Shown here: in pieces, positions 7,144 to 16,136 of the stretch
Layout of the letters: the number at the start of each line of letters is the position of its first letter
Position numbering within the stretch: the first letter of the stretch is position 1
Assembly (NCBI GenBank): GCA_964493375.1
Contig: CAZBOM010000001.1
Coordinates: forward strand, 1 to 41,257
DNA: 41,257 nucleotides
Direction: 5' to 3'
Origin: an uncultured Mageeibacillus sp.
GTDB taxonomy: Bacteria; Bacillota; Clostridia; Saccharofermentanales; DTU023
Translations under genes and position numbers: made by a program
The notes under the pieces: model-generated
Told to the model about the DNA's origin: nothing
The model's input: the letters and a program-made list of their open reading frames with translations, nothing else
Databases searched by the model: none

Positions 7144-10100
7144 TCACCTCTTCTTTTGGAGTTGGTGGTCATTGGTGCCATCTAAACGAACACACCATAG
7201 ACGTCCGCCGTCATCATCATTGTGGTAAAAAATCCATTCGCCTGCGATATTAAAATCAATCGCACGACTTGACGTGATTTTGCTCCTATATTGACCGTCT
7301 AAAGAACACAGGTGAATCGTCTCCTCAAAGCGATCGATATAATAGATACCTCGACCCGTCACATTGATCATCGAAGCGCTCAATTCGGCGATAAAAGTCG
7401 TGTTACCTGTATTCGCGTCGACGCGAATCAACTCCTCATGGCCATTTTTTACCGTGGAGCAATAGATATCCCCTTCAAACAAGCAGACATTTTTGCACTC
7501 GCCATCGAGTAACCGCCTTACTTTGAAACTATTGATATCCATACTGTAGAGAGCGCTGTCTTTTCCGTATACAAATACGATTTTATCCTTGTCAACATTA
7601 ACCCATCGACAAGGGAAAAGGTCACTCCGCTTTTTAATACTGCCGTCGGCAATATCGAGAGAATAAAATCCATCCTCTCCGGCGATATAGTATTTCGAGT
7701 TCACAAGATGAAGTTTGCCCACCATGTCTTCGCGCAGAATATCGCGATCTAATGTATAGATGTTTGTTTGCATAATCTTTGAGCCGGAAGAATAGTAAAG
7801 CCACCCATTCATGTAGCTCAGCGCTTGCGCGTTTTGGCCGCGCACGATCACATCTCCCTCCGTCCCCTTTTCAGACATTTTGATGATGTCACCGTCGAGA
7901 ACATAAAAAACTGAATCGGCACCTTGCGCCGCAAAAGCGCCACCTTCAATCGCCATGTTACCGGGTCGATTGCCGCGCGTAGCATCTTCGTCCATATCGC
8001 CGATTTTGACAATGGGAGCATCTTCATACCCATCGACATATCCGATGTCAAAGCCGCTCTTATAACCTACTTGCACTCCTTTGTCTTTTCCCAGCTTGTT
8101 TCCAATACCGTAGGATAACAACGAAGGTAGCACCATCATGGTGACAAGACAGGCGGCGATCGCGATTCTTCGACTCGTTCTTCGGTGAGATTTCTCTCTC
8201 GTAATGAAATGGTCAATCACCTCGACGCTCTGGATGCGAGACTTCGGGTCAAAGGCGATGCATCGCTCAATCAAATTGCGCAATCGGTTATTCACGACTT
8301 TCGCCTCTAAATCTGATCGCGAAACATGCCCGGTTGCCATGAAAAGTATGACGACACCTAATGAATAGATATCGGTCAACGGTGACGTTTGCTCAAAACC
8401 GAATTGCTCCGGAGGCGCGTAGTCTAGCGTGAGCACGACCGATGTATCTTGCGTGCTCTCCTCTTTATGGACACGCGATATCCCGAAATCAATCAAGTGA
8501 ATACTTCCGTCATATCCCACAATGATATTCTGCGGTTTGATGTCGCGATGAATGACGGGAGGCGTTTGCGCGTGGAGATAACGGAGAATTTCCGTTATTT
8601 TAAGTACGACTCCAAAAATATCTTTTACACTTAGCACGCCTTTGGCTCTGACAATATCGTAGAGCGATCGCCCTGCGATGTATTCGCGGACAATATATTT
8701 CTTGCCGTCTTTTTCATAAGTTTCGAACACTTTTGGAATGCCGGGGTGGTCAAATGAACTTAAGATTTTCGCTTCTTCCAGAGCGTCTTCTTCGGGGTAA
8801 TCTTTTGTGACGCGGAGAATAGCCTTGATACCATCTTGCTTTCGTCTCAAAAGATAGATTTCTTTTTTGCCATTTTCGTCTTTTCGAATACAACTTTCAA
8901 AAGCGTAACGGTGAATCAACGCCTCCGGCATCCCTTCACAAGAGATCGTTTCATTAAGCGTTGCGTTATAAGCATTCAAGAAACTGTTGACATCACTGCC
9001 GAAATACTCGGGGTTTGATGAAGGGATAATTTTTGGCGATGACACTTGCATAGGCTCTCTCCCTTTCGCTCGACTCGGAGCCAAGCTTATTATGCGTTGC
9101 GAACTATTGATTGGCGCTAACTGAACTATTGTCCTCGGACGGATGCCACTGAACAGCTGAGGCGTCAGCAACACAGGGGCAAGAACTGTTCCAAACAGAA
9201 TGTAACAGTAGATGATGATGGTGACGGGGGCAATTCCTTTCCTTGTGATTAAGAAGAGACCTCGGTCTATACAAAGAACGGCGATCAATAGGAAACCTTT
9301 GTTTTTGCGCACAAATTCCGCAATCAATCGTAAGCCTTCCGTAAATCGCCCGTCGAGCTCATCGACACTCGTCGAAGGGAACGATTTCATGTTGAGTTTT
9401 ATTTTGTTGGCTAAATAACGACATGCTCCCGCGAGCATGGAGAACGCGTGACCGACAAAGGAGATGGCGACAATAACGGTGTGTGGAAATTTTTCTATCT
9501 TATCCTCAGGGAATCGGCTGCGCATCACAAATCCGCGTATACAAGGAAGAATCACAAAAAAGACATTACAGGTAATAAACCCCGCCCACAAGAGATGTAT
9601 ATTCCCAAAATAGCATTCGAGCAATACAGTCGGGATGAGCATGATCTCATTGATGATCGAGAAAAAATACAAGAACATATAAAACGCGTCGCATTTTCGT
9701 GTTCTCCCGAGAACAATCGTGCCGTCAAAAATCATCTCAAACAACCCATACGAATATCGATGTTGTTTCCCCGTTTCCTCGGCAAATGTTCGGCTCACAT
9801 ATTCGGTAAACTCGAGACCGTTTAGCTGAGCGTATTTCCCGTGATACCCCATATTGTAAAAACCGATCGCTTTATCAAAATCCTCGGAGACTTTGTTTTC
9901 GGACCAAAGCCCGCTTTTTTCCAAAATACTCTTTCTGATAAAAGCGTTATGTCCCACCAGAGGGACAAAGAACCCTTGGAGCGCTTTACATGGCCAAATA
10001 TTGTGAAAGAGATTGTTCGTCTGGTGTCCTGTCGCATAAGAAAAATAATTGTCCGACATATTAATCGCGACGGTCGCGCATTGTATATAGGCGAGTTTGT

Positions 10101-10974
10101 CATCGGATGCGAATTCGGGGACGACCGCCTCAATTATCTTCTCTTTGACGCCGGAATCTTTGTCCAGCAAAAGAATTATTTCTCGAGTCTCAATATCGCC
10201 TTCGGCATACCCTCCTTCGAACGTGCCGCCCGCGCGCGTCAAATCACCGAGAGCATTCCCCTGGACTGTCGCATTGCCAAGTCGAATCGTGTAATTAAGA
10301 TTGGAAGCTTTCTTGAAAAGACCTGCACGCCCTTGAGCCGGTCTCACAACAAAAGCGACACCTGATCGCCTGTAAAATGCGATGCGCTCAGCCGCTTTCA
10401 TTTCTTTCTCAGAAAGTTGATTTGAATTACTCGAGAATCGATGCATCAGATCATCCGCGATATCACGTGAGCAGATACCACCCAATAACGGTGCGAGACC
10501 ATCATCGGACACGATGATGTTGGCCGATAGACCGCTGTATTGTTGATAGCGTTTCGCGGCCGCGATACTACCGCGAATCGTCTCAAAGATGACGGCATTC
10601 TCTTCAGTGTATACGGGGATACTGATGGTGACAGGAAAATACGAGGAACGCTCAACCTCACTTCTCGCGACATTCATATAATGCTTTCTATTAATTCGCG
10701 TAACCCCTGAGAGAATATCGCAGACGGAAGGTCGCAAAGACCAGAGAACATCAGCCAAATAATAAAACGGATAAATAAAAAAAATAAAAGATACTAGCAA
10801 TCGAAATAAGCTCTGGATCGACATGCCATACAGAAAAAACAATCCTACATGGATGAAGGCATTAAGTGCGAGCGAAGCAACATATGGCCATACGCCGCAA
10901 ATACCGTTCCCGAGTGTCTCCGGTATTCTCTTCGCCCGTCTCGTTCGGTTTTTCTTCACCCTGATCATCGCCAT
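7144..10974 (-). CDS. Multidomain membrane protein: cellulose-synthase-like family-2 glycosyltransferase + Hanks-type Ser/Thr protein kinase + extracytoplasmic DUF5050-like beta-propeller
   Basis: 1276-aa ORF. GT2 motifs are DDG (157-159), KKASNLN (221-227), DKD (271-273), SED (363-365) and QHRYS (404-408), followed by a multi-TM bundle (about 425-605). The kinase carries HRDIKPQN (809-816), DFG (829-831) and APPE (853-856). A TM helix spans about 936-955, and propeller-type repeats run to residue 1270. Confidence 0.8.
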   Translation of the reverse strand: MAMIRVKKNRTRRAKRIPETLGNGICGVWPYVASLALNAFIHVGLFFLYGMSIQSLFRLLVSFIFFIYPFYYLADVLWSLRPSVCDILSGVTRINRKHYMNVARSEVERSSYFPVTISIPVYTEENAVIFETIRGSIAAAKRYQQYSGLSANIIVSDDGLAPLLGGICSRDIADDLMHRFSSNSNQLSEKEMKAAERIAFYRRSGVAFVVRPAQGRAGLFKKASNLNYTIRLGNATVQGNALGDLTRAGGTFEGGYAEGDIETREIILLLDKDSGVKEKIIEAVVPEFASDDKLAYIQCATVAINMSDNYFSYATGHQTNNLFHNIWPCKALQGFFVPLVGHNAFIRKSILEKSGLWSENKVSEDFDKAIGFYNMGYHGKYAQLNGLEFTEYVSRTFAEETGKQHRYSYGLFEMIFDGTIVLGRTRKCDAFYMFLYFFSIINEIMLIPTVLLECYFGNIHLLWAGFITCNVFFVILPCIRGFVMRSRFPEDKIEKFPHTVIVAISFVGHAFSMLAGACRYLANKIKLNMKSFPSTSVDELDGRFTEGLRLIAEFVRKNKGFLLIAVLCIDRGLFLITRKGIAPVTIIIYCYILFGTVLAPVLLTPQLFSGIRPRTIVQLAPINSSQRIISLAPSRAKGREPMQVSSPKIIPSSNPEYFGSDVNSFLNAYNATLNETISCEGMPEALIHRYAFESCIRKDENGKKEIYLLRRKQDGIKAILRVTKDYPEEDALEEAKILSSFDHPGIPKVFETYEKDGKKYIVREYIAGRSLYDIVRAKGVLSVKDIFGVVLKITEILRYLHAQTPPVIHRDIKPQNIIVGYDGSIHLIDFGISRVHKEESTQDTSVVLTLDYAPPEQFGFEQTSPLTDIYSLGVVILFMATGHVSRSDLEAKVVNNRLRNLIERCIAFDPKSRIQSVEVIDHFITREKSHRRTSRRIAIAACLVTMMVLPSLLSYGIGNKLGKDKGVQVGYKSGFDIGYVDGYEDAPIVKIGDMDEDATRGNRPGNMAIEGGAFAAQGADSVFYVLDGDIIKMSEKGTEGDVIVRGQNAQALSYMNGWLYYSSGSKIMQTNIYTLDRDILREDMVGKLHLVNSKYYIAGEDGFYSLDIADGSIKKRSDLFPCRWVNVDKDKIVFVYGKDSALYSMDINSFKVRRLLDGECKNVCLFEGDIYCSTVKNGHEELIRVDANTGNTTFIAELSASMINVTGRGIYYIDRFEETIHLCSLDGQYRSKITSSRAIDFNIAGEWIFYHNDDDGGRLWCVRLDGTNDHQLQKKR

Positions 10975-10981
10975 CTATCCA

Positions 10982-12256
10982 TTATTTTCCAAATGGATTT
11001 GCCTTCATTTGCGCGAGCGCATACCAACTCGTCGCACTGATACTCTGTTGATTGTGATACTCCCAAAGGACTTTTGAACCACTCACATAAAAGCCTGTTG
11101 AGACACCGTCTCTATCGGCGGCGGGGATGCTCCCATCACGCGCTTCCTGAGTTTTCAAATAGAGGATTTTCGAATCGTATTTTTCCGATTCGCCAAGCTC
11201 ACTGTAACAAAGAGCCATTTGGGCTGTTCCTTCATTCCATATGCCATCTAAGTCTCCGGCACTAAAATCAAATCCGGCCCCTATAGACATCCTGTCTTCG
11301 ACAAACGAAATAATTTTATGCGCGTTGAAAAGTTCCTCGCGAAGCGCCAGAATAGCCAGCGAATTGGAGTCTAAGGGAATAACGCCTTTACTGATTGTCT
11401 TTCCATCTTTCTCAGTGCCGGTATAAAAGCAATGAAATTTGTCATCATACATGGAGAGGACGAAAGACTTCGCGTGGTCGGATGCCTCGAAATAGACGGC
11501 CGCTTTTGTCGGATCACTTTCTTTAATCGCGCCGGCCATCACGTTGAATGCTCGGATCAGGTCAATGTTGTGCTCTGTTGATTTGTAATCAACTTTTATC
11601 TGGTCGTTATCCCATCCTTCATAGCCGGCCGTAAAACCTCCCGTTGACGATTTTAATGTCAAAACAAAATCGGCCGCTCGGACGGCTGCATCAAGATACT
11701 CCGTTTTCTTGTCTACCGATGCATTTTCGGCAGCCTTACAAAGAGCCAATATGGACCACGCCATATTACCTGTCGACGTCGAAACGGTGTAATAATCCTC
11801 CTGCCAACGACCTGATTGCCAAAAACCGGGAAGCCTTATCGTCACTTTCCCACCTGTGATGGAGCGTCCCGAATCGCTTCGTGGATCACCGCTCGTGTAG
11901 GCATTCCGAAATCGCCCGTCTTTGAACAACCGGTCGTGATCTTGGGCAAACACGAGCACATCGGCCAATTTTTGTACGTGCCATACGGCTCCCGCTTCTG
12001 ATAACGCGATCAAGGCCATAGCATTGTCATATATATATGCATGGTCCGAAGGACCGCCCTTACTTTCATCAACGCTCGCAATAAAACCGCCGCTCTCTTC
12101 CACACAACCGGCGAGAAATCCGGCGGCAGAAGATACATTTCTTATGTCATTTGCCGCCGGTTTAATCTCTTCACTACCACGGCATCCCGTGATTGTTAAT
12201 AAAAAAATAAAGATCAAGGATAGCGCGATCCTTCTCTGTCTCGCTGTATTTTTCAT
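10982..12256 (-). CDS. Secreted lipoprotein with predicted (alpha/alpha)6-toroid fold (glycoside-hydrolase-like or terpenoid-cyclase-like)
   Basis: The track ORF starts at a TTG (12268), whereas the ATG at 12256 follows a GGAGG SD. The signal peptide plus lipobox reads MKNTARQRRIALSLIFIFLLTITGC. Hairpin-helix signatures recur: YDNAMALIAL, GNMAWSILAL, EHNIDLIRAF, DSNSLAILAL, NEGTAQMALCY, SATSWYALAQ. Only 7 nt separate it from the synthase-kinase gene. Confidence 0.6.
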   Translation of the reverse strand: MKNTARQRRIALSLIFIFLLTITGCRGSEEIKPAANDIRNVSSAAGFLAGCVEESGGFIASVDESKGGPSDHAYIYDNAMALIALSEAGAVWHVQKLADVLVFAQDHDRLFKDGRFRNAYTSGDPRSDSGRSITGGKVTIRLPGFWQSGRWQEDYYTVSTSTGNMAWSILALCKAAENASVDKKTEYLDAAVRAADFVLTLKSSTGGFTAGYEGWDNDQIKVDYKSTEHNIDLIRAFNVMAGAIKESDPTKAAVYFEASDHAKSFVLSMYDDKFHCFYTGTEKDGKTISKGVIPLDSNSLAILALREELFNAHKIISFVEDRMSIGAGFDFSAGDLDGIWNEGTAQMALCYSELGESEKYDSKILYLKTQEARDGSIPAADRDGVSTGFYVSGSKVLWEYHNQQSISATSWYALAQMKANPFGK

Positions 12257-12299
12257 ACAGACCTCCAAGTGCTCAGCAGAAATGACTCGTCGTCTTTAA

Positions 12300-12352
12300 T
12301 TAATAAAATTATAGGTGTGGGGATGATCATTCCTGTATGCGCATGGCATACA
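12300..12352 (-). promoter_or_regulatory. Candidate promoter/operator of the envelope cluster: -10 TATAAT (12308-12313, minus strand) with a perfect 7-bp inverted repeat TGTATGC-N5-GCATACA (12334-12352) over the -35 region
   Basis: Read directly from the sequence. The -35 hexamer itself is poor. The function is inferred. Confidence 0.3.
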
Positions 12353-12363
12353 AAAGGCTTCAA

Positions 12364-12822
12364 TCAGTCGTTCTCCGTCCCGTCGTCCAAGGGCGCTAAT
12401 TGCAACGTTCGCATAAACTCATAAGTATCAATGATGTCATAGCCGTGGTTAATCGCGAAAATGATCGCGGCATCTCGTTTGATGAGAGGATGTAAAGCCC
12501 CGGAATGTGTGACGGCCAACATGCGTTGCGTTGTCTTCAAATCGAGAGACATGGCGATCGCAATTAAAAGATAATAATCTCTTTTCCCCAGCCTTCGCCC
12601 CTCCATAATCTGATAACCATACGTGCGCGACAAATTAGCTTTGCGAATGACTTCGCTTTTCTTTTGTCCTGTCTGCGTGAGCAGGTCATCAAAAAAAGCC
12701 CGGATATCATCATCCAGAAAAGCGTCCCAATGTTGTGGGAAAGAGTCGCCTTTCAGTTGTTCTTGCATGAGTTTTGTGTCTAAAGGATTTTTCGGACGAC
12801 TTTGATCGTTCATCTGACTCAT
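12364..12822 (-). CDS. Small helix-turn-helix (XRE-like) protein
   Basis: 152-aa ORF. The central segment KKSEVIRKANLSRTYGYQIMEGRRLGKRDYYLLIAIAMSL looks like an HTH followed by helices. The family assignment is from memory only. Confidence 0.5.
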   Translation of the reverse strand: MSQMNDQSRPKNPLDTKLMQEQLKGDSFPQHWDAFLDDDIRAFFDDLLTQTGQKKSEVIRKANLSRTYGYQIMEGRRLGKRDYYLLIAIAMSLDLKTTQRMLAVTHSGALHPLIKRDAAIIFAINHGYDIIDTYEFMRTLQLAPLDDGTEND

Positions 12823-12920
12823 GCTCCTCTTCTACAGTATATTTTTACATTATCATATTTATCAGAATTAGTTGTTATATGTTCCCTTTAAAAAATCACC
12901 TCGAGGAATCTATGAATGGA

Positions 12921-15900
12921 TCAATTGACCCATGAAGCAACGCTGCCCTCGGAATCAATTCGCACTTGTAGTTGTTGGTTGATCGCTTGTTTCAGCATGG
13001 GGACGTGAGAGATCACGCCAATCAAACGGTTGTCAACGGAGAGGTCTTGCAAGACATGGATGGCGTCTTGAAGCGATTCCTCGTCGAGACCACCAAAGCC
13101 TTCATCGATAAAAAGCGCGTCGATCTCCACACCACCCGCATGTTCAGACACGACATCAGAGAGACCAAGCGCCATCGAAAGCGCCGCTTGGAATTTCTCA
13201 CCGCCGGATAGCGTCGAGACGGGGCGCGTCTTCGCTGTCCAGAGATCTTCTACGGAAAGATCAAGCCCCGTTCTTGATCGTCCATCTTTACCTTTCTCAG
13301 ATCGAATGAGCTCATAGCGGCCGTTTGTCATTCTCGCGAACCGTTGGTTGGCACGATTGATCACCTGTGTAAAATACCACGTCTGAATAAAGACCTCGAA
13401 ACTAATTTTATCGGCCTCTTTGTGGTTACCTGTCGCGAGATCGGCTATATCTGACAGCATTTTTTCTTCTTCTAGAGCTTCCAATGTTTTCTTATGCATC
13501 GATTTGATACTCTCGAGAATATCTTGATATTTAGCAACGCGTCCCGATTGCTCAAGATGAGCTTCTTTCAATGCAGATAGTTGCTTTTGCAACGCATCAA
13601 CGACCGCCACTTCCTCGGCTTCATCTCGCTTTGACAGTCCTTTTATCTCACGGCTCAGGCGATCGAGATCGCGGACGTTCGCATCTCGCTTGCTTTTCTC
13701 CTCGTCGACCTTCTGTTCCAAATCAATGCGCTCATCATCTTTGAGGCGCTTCTCTCGATAATCATTCTCCGAGACAAACAAACCTTTCTCCAGCGCTTCG
13801 TAAAACTCATTTTCTTTCGCGAGATAATGCTTCTTTGCCGAATCACAGGCTAATTGAATGCTCTTTAGCGTCGCTTCGGCGGCTGTTAACGTTTCACGGG
13901 CTTGTCTCTCATTTTCTGTCGCCTGCTTGTATTCTCGCTCAAGGAGATCCTGACGTTCTTTTTTCTGGTCGAGAGATGTTTTAACTGTTCCGAGCGATGC
14001 ACCCGACACGCGTTTTGTTAAAGCTGAAATCTCTCCTTCCAGCTTCGTCGCCCTCAATTTCCCTTCTTGGATCTCTCGGCTCTTTAACGCGATTTTCTCT
14101 GTGAGATTTCGCATAGCTTCGCTTGTCTCTGTTATGTCGCGCTTAAGTTCTTCTCGGCGATCAGATTGAGCCTGTAAAGCCTTTTGCTTTTGATCGGCAT
14201 CCGATTGTTCTGATGTCAAGAATTCGTTCAACTGCTGCAAGCTGTCTTGCAACTCAACTATTTTTTGGGTCATGAATTCGAGCGCGCCACCGGTTAATTC
14301 CGAGTCATGTGTCGCTTCAATTTCTTCTTGTCGATTGAGACAAGGAAGTTTATCGGTCAGAGCGTCAGCTTGAAATGAGACGCGATCAAGCGTTGATCGT
14401 GTCTTCGAGATATCTCTTTCGAGAGCCGAACTGGCCTCATCCGCGATTTGGCGTTTCGCTTGCGCTTCCTTTTCGAGACGCTCGACTGCCGCTTCATCAA
14501 GGGAATCTTCCGACAAGGTCGCTTTATGCGGGTGCTCTTTCGAGCCGCACACAGGACACGGTTCCCCCTCGACTAACTGAAGAGCCAAATAGCCGGCTCG
14601 TTCTCGAAACAGAAGATCGGAAGCTTCGTGCGCTTCTTCAGCCGTTTCTCGCCACGCCTGTCGCTTCTCTTCGCACTGCTCGCGTTGTTTTAAAAGCCCT
14701 TCTACATCTTTTTTGAGGTTGTCGGCGTCTTGGCGCAGTGAAGATACTTTCAAGTGATCAGCCCGCACATCATCGGCATGCGCTTTTGCCATCGTCAAGT
14801 CATGAGCGACGTCTGCCAAAGAATCGAGTTCATCCTGCTTTTCCTGCAGCGCATCGCTGAGCTCAGAACGCGTGGTGAGAAATTGCTCATGCGAATTCTC
14901 AGCTTCTTCAACAACCTTGTTCTGAGTCTCAGCCGCTTGTTGCAGAGGAGCTAAACTTTCCAAGATCTTGAGTTCATCCTCAAGTTTGCTTATCTCTAGA
15001 GGAAGCTCTCCCCGTTCGCGATCGTATTCTTTCGCTTTAGCCAATTGAGAGGCAGCCTTGTCCAAATCGACAGCGGCATCATGCCTGTTTTCTTCCGCTT
15101 GCTGAAGGTTTTCTTTCGTTTCTTTTAAGGTGCTTCTCGCTCCTTCTAAAGCATTCCAGGATGGATCGACGAGGCGTGTCGCGCGGTCGTCATCTTCGAG
15201 ACGTTTTTTCATCTGTTCAAACGCTCGCTCCGTTGCTTTCAACTGATCGCGTTCTTCGACCGCTTTGTCAAACTCGAGAAGTTTCTCATTGTCTTTACGC
15301 AACTGTTCGAGTGATATTTGAGCTCTCCCCAGGCGACGGTCGGCCGCTTCTTCCTCTCGACGAACAATATTGAGAGAGCTCACCATCTCGGCATCAATAC
15401 GATCGAGATCAGTGATACACTCGGCGACACTCCAGAACGAGCGCAACGAGACAATCTCTGCAAATCTCAGTCTAGCTTCTGTCTCTTCTTCGGGAAGCAC
15501 AATACTCCCAAGCTGGTGAAACAGCATACCTTCAAGCATCGAGCGGTTCGACTTCGCGTTCTTATATTTCTCGGAGATTAGAAGCTGCATTTTCTCATAG
15601 AGACTTGTATTAAAAAGCTTCCTAAAGATCGCCGATCGATCGTTGCTGGACGTTCCGATAAGCTCATAAAACTCGCCTTGCGCAATCATCGCGACTTGCC
15701 GAAACTGCGTCTTATCAAGCCCCAACAACTCCGGGATGGTATCGTCAACCGTTTTGATTTTTGTCAACACGCGACCGTCAGGAAAGGTGAGCTCAACTTC
15801 CGCCGCGCACTCTGTCAATCCTTTGCCACGCATTTTGGGTCGCTCATATGCCGGACTTCGTCTGATCGTGTAAGTTTCACCTCGGAGAACAAATTCAAAC

Positions 15901-16136
15901 TCGACAAAGGTCTCCACATCAACGGCCGCAAAATCGCTTCGAAGTTTACTGCTCCCACGCGTCATGCCGCTCGTATCGTTATAAAGGGAATACATAATCG
16001 CGTCAAAGATCATCGTTTTGCCGGATCCCGTATCTCCCGTAATCAGAAACAATCCTTCATGCAGCTCGTCGAAAGATATGGTCGTCTTTTTCGCATATGA
16101 ACCAAAAGCGCTCATGGTCAGTCTAATCGGCTTCAT
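12921..16136 (-). CDS. sbcC: Exonuclease SbcC (SMC-like ATPase)
   Basis: 1071 aa. It has Walker A GDTGSGKT, a long coiled coil, a zinc hook CPVCGS, the signature LSGGEKF and Walker B LFIDEGFGGLD. An ATGA overlap joins it to sbcD. Confidence 0.9.
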   Translation of the reverse strand: MKPIRLTMSAFGSYAKKTTISFDELHEGLFLITGDTGSGKTMIFDAIMYSLYNDTSGMTRGSSKLRSDFAAVDVETFVEFEFVLRGETYTIRRSPAYERPKMRGKGLTECAAEVELTFPDGRVLTKIKTVDDTIPELLGLDKTQFRQVAMIAQGEFYELIGTSSNDRSAIFRKLFNTSLYEKMQLLISEKYKNAKSNRSMLEGMLFHQLGSIVLPEEETEARLRFAEIVSLRSFWSVAECITDLDRIDAEMVSSLNIVRREEEAADRRLGRAQISLEQLRKDNEKLLEFDKAVEERDQLKATERAFEQMKKRLEDDDRATRLVDPSWNALEGARSTLKETKENLQQAEENRHDAAVDLDKAASQLAKAKEYDRERGELPLEISKLEDELKILESLAPLQQAAETQNKVVEEAENSHEQFLTTRSELSDALQEKQDELDSLADVAHDLTMAKAHADDVRADHLKVSSLRQDADNLKKDVEGLLKQREQCEEKRQAWRETAEEAHEASDLLFRERAGYLALQLVEGEPCPVCGSKEHPHKATLSEDSLDEAAVERLEKEAQAKRQIADEASSALERDISKTRSTLDRVSFQADALTDKLPCLNRQEEIEATHDSELTGGALEFMTQKIVELQDSLQQLNEFLTSEQSDADQKQKALQAQSDRREELKRDITETSEAMRNLTEKIALKSREIQEGKLRATKLEGEISALTKRVSGASLGTVKTSLDQKKERQDLLEREYKQATENERQARETLTAAEATLKSIQLACDSAKKHYLAKENEFYEALEKGLFVSENDYREKRLKDDERIDLEQKVDEEKSKRDANVRDLDRLSREIKGLSKRDEAEEVAVVDALQKQLSALKEAHLEQSGRVAKYQDILESIKSMHKKTLEALEEEKMLSDIADLATGNHKEADKISFEVFIQTWYFTQVINRANQRFARMTNGRYELIRSEKGKDGRSRTGLDLSVEDLWTAKTRPVSTLSGGEKFQAALSMALGLSDVVSEHAGGVEIDALFIDEGFGGLDEESLQDAIHVLQDLSVDNRLIGVISHVPMLKQAINQQLQVRIDSEGSVASWVN

